Origin: Planctomycetia bacterium
GTDB lineage: Bacteria; Planctomycetota; Planctomycetia; Pirellulales; UBA1268
Direction: 5' to 3'
Assembly: GCA_026401075.1 (NCBI GenBank)
Contig: JAPLNQ010000259.1
Coordinates: 1 to 60,992 of the forward strand
DNA length: 60,992 nt
Positions 16,698 through 24,326 of the stretch are shown in pieces; position 1 is the stretch's first letter; every line of letters starts with the position of its first letter. The notes beneath the pieces were generated by a model. That model searched no databases, was not told the DNA's origin, and saw nothing but the letters and a program-made list of their open reading frames with translations. The translations under genes and the position numbers were made by a program.

Positions 16698-19600
16698 ATG
16701 ACGCAGACCATGCTCGCCCGTCCTGCTTCCGCGCCTCTGATGCCGGCCCTGCTCACGGTCGTTCTGCTGTCCGGTGCCTCGGCACTGGCCGCCGACCTCG
16801 CGGGCCAAGACGCCACGGCCGACACGGCCAGCAATGCCTTCTCCCACTTCGGGATCTTCGCCAAGACGTCCCCGCGGCCAGACGCCTGCCCGCCCGGCAC
16901 GACGTCGCTGCCGCTCGAACTCCACCGCGGCGACCACATCTGCCTGATCGGCAACACACTCTTCGAACGTACCCAACTCTTCGGGCATCTGCCCGCCCTG
17001 CTGCACGCCGGCTTCCCTGACCACGAACTCGTCATCCGCAACCTCGCCTGGTCGGCCGACGAAATCGATCTGGCCCCCCGACCGGAAAACTTCGCCGACG
17101 TCGACCAACATCTGGCGTATTTCAAGGCTGACGTGATCCTCGCCGCCTACGGGTTCAACGAGTCATTCGCGGGCGAGGATGGACTGCCGGCGTTCCGGCG
17201 AAAACTCGCGGCGTTTCTCGGAGGGCTCAAGACGAAGGCGTTCAACGGCCGGACTGCCGCCCGCATCGTGCTGGTCTCGCCGATCGCCAACGAGAATCTG
17301 CCAGGCGTGGCGGCAGCCGACAACAACAATCCGCGGATCTGTCTCTACGTCGAGGCGATGCGGGAGGTGGCCCGTGACGCGGAGGTCGGCTTCGCCGATG
17401 TCTTCACGCCGACGCTGGCCGCGATCTCGAATCCGACCACGACGCTCACGATCAACGGCTGCCACCTTACTTCCCGCGGTGACGAACTCTTCGCGCGATC
17501 GCTGTTTCAACAGTGCTTCGGCCGCGAGCCGCCGGCCATCGACGAGAAGCTCCGTCTGGCCGCCGTCGATCTCGACCGGCAGTTCTTCCGTCGCTACCGG
17601 CCGCTGAACACATTCTATTACACCGGCGGACGCAACAAGGATTACGGCTATCTCGACTTCCTGCCGGCGCTTCGCAACTTCGACATCATGTGCGCCAACC
17701 GCGACCGGTGGATCTGGGACATCGCCCATGGCCGCCCGGTGGCGGACAAGGCGGACGATACCAACCTCCCCGCGATGCCGCCGGTCAACGAGAGCCGCGG
17801 GGCCAACGAGTGGCTGTCCGCGGCGGAGGAATTGAAGGCCTTCAAGATCGACCCGCGGTTCACGGTGAACCTCTTCGCCGGCGAGGAGCAGTTTCCCGAG
17901 ATCGCCAATCCGATCCAGGCCCGCTTCGATGCCCGCGGCCGGCTCTGGGTGAGCACGTCGCAGGCCTATCCGCATATCTATCCTGGCATGGAGGCCTGCG
18001 ACCGCCTCGTGATTCTCGAAGACACCGATGGCGACGGTCGGGCCGATACGTCGAAGATTTTCGCCGACGACCTGCATCTTCCACTGTCGTTCGAGTTTGG
18101 CGACGGCGGCGTCTACGTGTCGGAGCAGCCGCACCTGACGTTCCTTCGGGATACCGACGGTGACGACCGGGCGGATGTCCACGACGTCGTGCTTTCGGGA
18201 TTCGGCACCGAAGACTCCCACCACTCGCTCCACGACTTCATCTGGTCGCCCGACGGCGGCCTCATCTTCCGCGAAAGCGTCTTCCACCATTCGCAGGTCG
18301 AGACACCCTACGGCCCGGTACGGCAGCACAACAGCGGCTGGTTCAGGTACGAACCCCGCACGCACCGGCTCACGAGTTTCGGCAGTTATCCCAGCACGAA
18401 TCCCTGGGGCGTGGCCTACGACCCGTGGGGCAATCACGTCGCGAGCCACCCGATCTTCGCCGAAGCGTTTCATGCACTCGACCCGCCGTATCCGCGACAG
18501 CATGCGGCGCCTCAGGGTCTGCAGGCCTATTCAGGCACCTGCGGCCAGGCCTTCGTCGATGCGCCGGGATTTCCACGGGATATGCACGGCGGCTTCATCA
18601 AGGTCCGCTACAAGCCCACCAATCGCATCGAGATCCACAGCTGGGTCGAGGGCGGCTATGGCTACGATGAACAGTACGCGGGGGATCTGCTCTTTTCGAC
18701 CAATCTGAGCTTCATCCCGGTCGACCTCCACTTCGGACCGCGCGGCGACCTCTTCGCGATCGACTGGTACAACCCGGTCAAGGGTCACGCGCAGTATTCG
18801 CTGCGGGACAGCCGCCGCAACCGCGAGTCAGGCCGCATCTGGCGGATCACCGCCACAGACGGCCGACTCGGCGACATGCCCCGCATCAACGGCGCTGGTG
18901 AAGCCGACCTGGCACGACTGCTCGGACACCCGGAATTTCGCATCCGCTATCTAGCCACCCGGGAACTCGCGTCCCGCGACCGTGCCGCGGCCGCGGCGGC
19001 TGTCGATGCCTGGGCGGCGGGACTCAATCCCAACGATCCGTCGTTTCTCCGCCACACGACCGAGGCGATGTGGGCGCTCAGCACGATCGGCGCGGTGCGG
19101 CCCGAGTTGCTGCGCACACTCGCATCCGCGACCGACCACCACGCTCGGGCCGCGGCGGCACGGCAGCTGAGGTTCTGGCACGACGTGCTTTCCGATCGGC
19201 ACGAACTCCTGTCTGCGGCCGCCGGCGACAGGTCCGGCCTCGTGCGGATGGAGGCGGCGATCACCGCCAGTTGGATCGGCACTCGGGAATCCCTCGATGC
19301 CGTCCTCGCCATCTGCCGACAGCCGCTCGGTGGCCACCTGGCCTACGCTGCCACCTGCGCGCTCGAGTCGCACGCGCTCCGCCGGCATTGGGAATCCGAT
19401 GCCTCCTCGCCGGTGCCCAGCCTCCTGAAGCGGGCCAGCCGGAGCCTGCGGATCGCGGAGCCGAAACCGACGACCGAGGAGCGGAAGTTCGACCAGCAAC
19501 CCGGCCTGACCGAGGTCCGGATTGGGTGCGAGCCGGAACGGATGCTCTTCACCAATCGGCAGTTCGTCGTCCGGCCGGGGCAGCCTGTGAAGCTCGTCTT

Positions 19601-20453
19601 CACCAACCCCGACGCGACCGACCACAACCTCGTGATCGTCCGACCGGGCACGCTCGCGGAGGTGGGCATGGCCGCCAACGACATGGCCAAGGATCCGAGC
19701 AACGCCACGGGCGACTTCGTGCCCGATTCGAAGCGGGATCTCATCGTCGCCGCCACGCCGATGATCGGGCCCACGCGAAAATCCACCGCGCATGTGCTTC
19801 GCTTCGAGGCTCCGACCGAACCGGGTCTCTATCCCTACGTGTGCACGTTCCCCGGTCACTGGATCGTGATGAATGGACAGATGGTCGTGGCCAGGGATGC
19901 GGCGCAGGCGGAAGAGCTGCTGGCGACCTGCCGGCCGAAGATCGTGAAGGCCTGGACGCTCGATGATTTTCCGGTGATCAAGACGGCAACCGACGAGGCG
20001 ACGCTGACCCGTGGCATGCATGCCTTCGCAAAGGCGCAGTGCACGCAGTGCCACGTGGCGGCCGGGCATGGCGTGAATCTTGGACCGAATCTGGTCGAGA
20101 GCACGAAGAAGTATCGGGGCCGGGAACTCCTCGAACAAGTGCTCGAGCCGTCGAAGGTGATTCACGACCTCTACCGGACGATGCAGTTCGTGCTGGACAG
20201 CGGCCGGGTCGTCTCGGGCGTGGTGCTCGAGGAATCGGCAGACTCCTACCGGGTTGCAACGAACCTGCTCACGCCCCAACAGACGCTCACCATCCGGAAG
20301 GCTGATGTGGAGGAGCGGATCGGGTCGCAGGTCTCGGCGATGCCCTCGGGACTGCTGAACGTGTTGTCGCCGGAGGAAGTGCTGGCGCTCGTGTCATTTC
20401 TGGAGGCCGGGGAAAACCTGCCGGCAGCCTTGCGGCATACCCCGCATCCGTAG
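16698..20453 (+). CDS. multidomain periplasmic protein: SGNH hydrolase-like + beta-propeller dehydrogenase-like + HEAT repeats + cupredoxin + c-type cytochrome
   Basis: Signal peptide, then an SGNH-like block (HICLIGNTLFERTQ..DVILAAYGFNESFAG). Next a propeller-like region (GRLWVSTSQAYPH..DTDGDGRAD), HEAT-like helical repeats and a cupredoxin copper site (NPDATDHNLVIV...YPYVCTFPGHWIVMNG). The heme motif AQCTQCH comes near the end. This is typical planctomycete/verrucomicrobial 'membrane-bound dehydrogenase / heme-binding' architecture. Confidence 0.8.
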   Translation: MTQTMLARPASAPLMPALLTVVLLSGASALAADLAGQDATADTASNAFSHFGIFAKTSPRPDACPPGTTSLPLELHRGDHICLIGNTLFERTQLFGHLPALLHAGFPDHELVIRNLAWSADEIDLAPRPENFADVDQHLAYFKADVILAAYGFNESFAGEDGLPAFRRKLAAFLGGLKTKAFNGRTAARIVLVSPIANENLPGVAAADNNNPRICLYVEAMREVARDAEVGFADVFTPTLAAISNPTTTLTINGCHLTSRGDELFARSLFQQCFGREPPAIDEKLRLAAVDLDRQFFRRYRPLNTFYYTGGRNKDYGYLDFLPALRNFDIMCANRDRWIWDIAHGRPVADKADDTNLPAMPPVNESRGANEWLSAAEELKAFKIDPRFTVNLFAGEEQFPEIANPIQARFDARGRLWVSTSQAYPHIYPGMEACDRLVILEDTDGDGRADTSKIFADDLHLPLSFEFGDGGVYVSEQPHLTFLRDTDGDDRADVHDVVLSGFGTEDSHHSLHDFIWSPDGGLIFRESVFHHSQVETPYGPVRQHNSGWFRYEPRTHRLTSFGSYPSTNPWGVAYDPWGNHVASHPIFAEAFHALDPPYPRQHAAPQGLQAYSGTCGQAFVDAPGFPRDMHGGFIKVRYKPTNRIEIHSWVEGGYGYDEQYAGDLLFSTNLSFIPVDLHFGPRGDLFAIDWYNPVKGHAQYSLRDSRRNRESGRIWRITATDGRLGDMPRINGAGEADLARLLGHPEFRIRYLATRELASRDRAAAAAAVDAWAAGLNPNDPSFLRHTTEAMWALSTIGAVRPELLRTLASATDHHARAAAARQLRFWHDVLSDRHELLSAAAGDRSGLVRMEAAITASWIGTRESLDAVLAICRQPLGGHLAYAATCALESHALRRHWESDASSPVPSLLKRASRSLRIAEPKPTTEERKFDQQPGLTEVRIGCEPERMLFTNRQFVVRPGQPVKLVFTNPDATDHNLVIVRPGTLAEVGMAANDMAKDPSNATGDFVPDSKRDLIVAATPMIGPTRKSTAHVLRFEAPTEPGLYPYVCTFPGHWIVMNGQMVVARDAAQAEELLATCRPKIVKAWTLDDFPVIKTATDEATLTRGMHAFAKAQCTQCHVAAGHGVNLGPNLVESTKKYRGRELLEQVLEPSKVIHDLYRTMQFVLDSGRVVSGVVLEESADSYRVATNLLTPQQTLTIRKADVEERIGSQVSAMPSGLLNVLSPEEVLALVSFLEAGENLPAALRHTPHP

Positions 20454-20475
20454 CGAGGCGGGGTGCCGGCGCGTT

Positions 20476-21348
20476 CTACCGACGACGGCTTGCCACGGCC
20501 ATGGCGATCGAGACCATCGGCAGGATGAGACAGATCACGCCGGCGGCAAGCAGGGTTCCCGTGACCGGCGTCACGTCGAACCGCGACCGGCCCGCGAGCG
20601 TCTGCACGAGGGCGAAGCAGCCGATGAGCGTCGTGCCGACGGTGGCCGCCGCCACCAGCCAGAAGCGACTTGGTTCCGTGACGCCGGCCCGCCGCGCCGC
20701 CCAGGCGAGCAGCGGCAGCCACTGCAGCGCATGGATGACCGCGCCATGGGGAAACTTCGGCACGCCGGCGACGCCGTAGTGTTCAGGGGGGAGCCCCGCC
20801 GCCATCCGCATGTCGCCATGCACGCTCACCCAGATGCCGAGCCCACACGAGATCACGAGCAACACGAGCCCTGCCCGGGCAGCCAGCAGCATGTCCGGAG
20901 CGAGGCCCGTGGGCTGCCGGAGGAATCGAATCGTGAGGTCGACAGCGATGAGCGTGACCCAGAGGATGAGCAGGCCCATCGCGTCGTAGAGCACCGAGTC
21001 GAATGGCGTCGAGCGGTTGAAATGGCTGGCCACGCCACGCCAGGTCTGCAGATTGATCAGGCCCACTTCCACCAGGAGCGCCCAGGCAACGGTCGCCGCC
21101 AGCCAGGCATCGCCGCGACGCCACGGCAGTTGGGCCCACGCCCAACCGAGCGACAGGCACGTCAGGCCGCCCGAGATGCCGAAGAGGATCGGCTTCCGCC
21201 AGGTGACCGGCCCCTCCCACGGACCTCCAAGCACGGCCCAGACGACGAGGTGGGCCAGTCCGCTGACGACGAGCAGGAGGCCGATCACGGCCAGTAGTTG
21301 CGCGCGTCGGTCACGAAACCAGTCTCGAGAAGGCGATTGAAGGTCCAT
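20476..21348 (-). CDS. hypothetical polytopic membrane protein
   Basis: From ATG 21348 (MDLQSPSRDWFRDRRAQLLAVIGLLLVVSGLAHLVVW...) there are about 8 hydrophobic helices. I recognise no family. The upstream part of the listed ORF runs through a family B repeat. Confidence 0.6.
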   Translation of the reverse strand: MDLQSPSRDWFRDRRAQLLAVIGLLLVVSGLAHLVVWAVLGGPWEGPVTWRKPILFGISGGLTCLSLGWAWAQLPWRRGDAWLAATVAWALLVEVGLINLQTWRGVASHFNRSTPFDSVLYDAMGLLILWVTLIAVDLTIRFLRQPTGLAPDMLLAARAGLVLLVISCGLGIWVSVHGDMRMAAGLPPEHYGVAGVPKFPHGAVIHALQWLPLLAWAARRAGVTEPSRFWLVAAATVGTTLIGCFALVQTLAGRSRFDVTPVTGTLLAAGVICLILPMVSIAMAVASRRR

Positions 21349-21396
21349 GCTCGATGAGTCTACGTCGAAACGCTCCGGCGAGCCGGGGGTCGTCTT

Positions 21397-21486
21397 CCGT
21401 GGGGACACGATTTCATCTTGTTCGCATCGTGGGGACAAGATTTTATCTTGTCCAAAAATCACAAGTTGAAAACTTGTGGCCACGGG
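21397..21486. repeat. family B composite hairpin repeat, copy 2 (reverse orientation, plus a degenerate partial copy)
   Basis: cgtggggacaagattttatcttgtcc...cacaagttgaaaacttgtggccacggg, preceded by the degenerate ccgtggggacacgatttcatcttgttc. It lies in the divergent intergenic region 21349-21568. Confidence 0.8.
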
Positions 21487-21568
21487 TCAACGCTCTGGCC
21501 ACGGCGCACGACGTTCAGTGGCGATACCGCTTGAGCCCCAAGCCGTATTCCACGACACTGCTCCCATC

Positions 21569-22555
21569 ATGAACACACGCACATTCGGACGGACGGGCTG
21601 GCAGGTTTCCGAGATCGGCTTCGGCGCCTGGGGCATCGGCGGCGGGCAGTGGGGCGGCGCCGACGACGCCGAATCGATGGCCGCACTCCACAAAGCCCTC
21701 GACTGCGGCATCACTTTTTTCGACACCGCCGACGTCTACGGCGATGGCCTGAGTGAACGCCTGATCGCCCGCCTCCGCCGCGAACGCTCCGAGCCCTTCT
21801 TCGTAGCCACGAAGGCGGGCCGGCGGCTCAATCCCCACACGGCCAACGGCTACAACGCAGCGAACCTCACGGCCTTCATCGATCGCAGCCTGAAAAACCT
21901 CGAGACCGACCGGATCGATCTCGTGCAGCTGCATTGCCCACCGACCGATGTCTATTACCGCCCCGAGGTCTTCCAGGCTCTCGATGACCTCGTCGTCGCC
22001 GGCAAGGTCCGCCACTACGGCGTGAGCGTCGAACGCGTCGAGGAGGCCCTCAAGGCGATCGAATATCCAAACGTGCAGTCGGTGCAGATCATTTTCAACG
22101 CCTTCCGCCTGCGGCCCGCGGAACTCTTCTTCGAAGTCGCGATGAGACGGCAGGTGGCCGTGATCGCACGGGTGCCACTGGCCAGCGGTCTGCTGAGCGG
22201 GAAGTTCTCCCGCGCCACCGAGTTTCCCGCCGACGACCACCGCGCATTCAACCGCGAGGGCGCCGGCTTCGACCGGGGCGAGACATTCTCCGGCGTCGAC
22301 TACGAAACAGGCCTTGAGACTGTGGAACACCTGCGGCCGCTGGTGCCGCCCGGTGCGACACTTGCACAGTTTGCACTCAAGTGGATCCTGTCATTCGAGG
22401 CCGTCTCGTGCGTGATTCCTGGTGCGCGTCGGCCCTCGCAGGTGGAGGACAACGCCCGCGCCGCCAACCTGCCGCCACTCTCGGCCCAGACGCTGGCCGC
22501 GGTGCAGGAGATCTACGACGATCGCGTCCGCCCGCTCGTGCATCATCGGTGGTGA
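21569..22555 (+). CDS. aldo/keto reductase
   Basis: MNTRTFGRTGWQVSEIGFGAWGIGGGQWGG..ALDCGITFFDTADVYGDGLSE..IDLVQLHCP..VRHYGVSVE are classic AKR blocks. I chose ATG 21569. Confidence 0.9.
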   Translation: MNTRTFGRTGWQVSEIGFGAWGIGGGQWGGADDAESMAALHKALDCGITFFDTADVYGDGLSERLIARLRRERSEPFFVATKAGRRLNPHTANGYNAANLTAFIDRSLKNLETDRIDLVQLHCPPTDVYYRPEVFQALDDLVVAGKVRHYGVSVERVEEALKAIEYPNVQSVQIIFNAFRLRPAELFFEVAMRRQVAVIARVPLASGLLSGKFSRATEFPADDHRAFNREGAGFDRGETFSGVDYETGLETVEHLRPLVPPGATLAQFALKWILSFEAVSCVIPGARRPSQVEDNARAANLPPLSAQTLAAVQEIYDDRVRPLVHHRW

Positions 22556-22623
22556 GCAGGTCGGTCGCTCACGCATATCCCATCGCTCACGCTCCGGGCT
22601 TCTCTGCACGTGGCAGCGCCTCC

Positions 22624-22656
22624 CATACAAGCCCCCGGCGGAAGCCGGGGGACTCC
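22624..22656 (+). repeat. family A GNRA-capped hairpin repeat
   Basis: catacaagcccccggcggaagccgggggactcc is nearly identical to the 6945-7014 units. Confidence 0.85.
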
Positions 22657-22671
22657 GGGTGTGACCATCGT

Positions 22672-22758
22672 CCCGCGTGCCATGCCGATCCGGGCTTGCT
22701 GATCCGGGAAGAGCCCAACGGCCCGGTGTCCCCGGGCTTCCGCCCAGGGCTTTTTGTC
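22672..22758 (-). repeat. family A long variant (MITE-like ~75-90 nt unit)
   Basis: The reverse complement gacaaaaagccctgggcggaagcccggggac..cgttgggc..cccggatc..gcatggcacgcggg aligns along its length with 41468-41539. It carries an internal duplication of cccggatc. Confidence 0.75.
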
Positions 22759-22780
22759 AAAACACGCGCCGAGCCCGGCG

Positions 22781-24215
22781 TTAAGCCAGCATGCCTTTCA
22801 CCACATGCCCCTGCACGTCGGTGAGCCGGAACTGGCGGCCTTGGTAGCGGAACGTCAGCTTCGTGTGGTCGATGCCCACCATGTGCATGATCGTGGCCTG
22901 CATGTCGTGGATGTGCACCGGGTCGGCCGTGATGTTCCAGGCGTAGTCGTCGGTCGAACCATAGACATGGCCACGAATAGGCCTTGCCAAAGTGATCGCG
23001 ACCCTTGGGATTGGCCGGGTCGCCCTGGCCGAAGGGCGTCCGCCCGAACTCGCCGCCCCAGGCGACCAGCGTGTCGGTGAGCAGGCCGCGCTCTTTGAGG
23101 TCCTGCACGAGCGCCGCCGACGGGCCCTCCGTGTCGCGGCACTGCGTTTCGAGCTGCGTGAACAGGTTGCCATGCTGGTCCCAACCGGCGTGCATCAGCT
23201 GCACGAACCGCGTACCCCGCTCGAGCAGCCGCCGCGCGATCAGGCAGTTGTAGGCGAAGCTGCCCTTCACGTGCACGTCGGCCCCGTAGCGGTCGAGCAC
23301 GTGCTTGGGCTCGTCCGAAAAATCGACGAGGTCGGGCACGCTCGCCTGCATCCGGTAGGCCATCTCGTATTGCGCGATCCGCGTGTCGATCTCCGGATCG
23401 CCGTAGTCGGCCAGATGGGCCGCGTTCATGGCGGCGATGTCGTCGAGCAGCGCCCGTCGCGACTCACGGCTCACGCCGGCAGGGTTCGCCAGATACGGCA
23501 CCGGATCGCCCGTGTTGCGAAACCGCACGCCCTGGAACCGGCTCGGCAGGAAGCCGCTACCCCAGTAGTGGTCGAAGAAGAGCTGGCCGCAGCTCTTCTC
23601 CTTGTCGGAGGAGGTCATCACCACGAAGGCCGGCAGTTCATCGGTGTCGCAGCCGAGGCCGTAGCTCATCCACGCGCCCATGCTCGGCCGGCCCGGTACC
23701 TGCGCGCCGGTCATAAAAAACGTTACGCCCGGGGCGTGGTTCACCGCTTCGGTGTGCATGCTCCTCACCAGGCAGATCTCGTCGGCGATGCCGCCGATGC
23801 CGGGCAGCATCTCGCTCATCTCGATGCCCGATTTGCCGTACTTCCTGAAGCCCTTGATCGGCGCGACGACCGGCCATTTGGCATAGCCGCTCGACATCGT
23901 CGAGAGCCGCGTGCTGCCGCGGACGCTCTCGGGGATATCCTCGCCACCGCGGCTGATCAGCGCAGGCTTAGGATCGAAGAGGTCGACGTGCGACGGCCCG
24001 CCTCCCTGCCAGAGCATGACGACCCGCTTCGCCGTCGGCGGATGATGCGGCAGCCCTGGCAGGCCGGGCGCCGCTCGGGCCTCAGCCACATCGCTCGCTG
24101 CCGGTGCGTCGCGGTTAAGCAACGACGCCAGCGCGACCGCGCCGATGCCCAGGCCGGCCGAGCCAAAGAGCCGACGGCGGGTGAAAAAGGGGACGCAGCT
24201 CTTTTCTGTGTTCAT
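22781..24215 (-). pseudogene. DUF1501 (sulfatase-like) protein, reading frame broken near 22975-22985
   Basis: There is a Tat-like N-terminus (TRRRLFGSAGLGIGAVALASLL) and DUF1501 blocks up to ...GRDHFGKAYS, after which the frame gives junk. The conserved C-terminus (IRGHVYGSTDDYAWNITADPVHIHDMQATIMHMVGIDHTKLTFRYQGRQFRLTDVQGHVVKGMLA*) is in another frame (listed ORF 22781-23173). The expected ~7-residue WMAGGG-like segment between the two parts is absent. Confidence 0.7.
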
Positions 24216-24271
24216 CGTTGGCTTCCTTTTTTGGAACGTAGCAGGATGGAAAAGAGCTGCGTCCCCTTTTT
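24184..24271. repeat. family C inverted repeat pair bracketing the DUF1501 start codon
   Basis: aaaaaggggacgcagctcttttc (24184-24206) and its reverse complement gaaaagagctgcgtccccttttt (24249-24271) are 23-bp perfect arms. The 42-nt spacer contains the ATG (24215-24213) and an AGGAAG. Confidence 0.9.
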
Positions 24272-24290
24272 CTCGGCCTCCCCTCGGCTC

Positions 24291-24318
24291 AAATTACCCA
24301 AATTTGGTGGCTGGCACC
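24291..24318 (+). repeat. family E palindromic repeat, single copy
   Basis: aaattacccaaatttggtggctggcacc matches 12365-12392. Confidence 0.8.
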
Positions 24319-24326
24319 TTTTCTGG

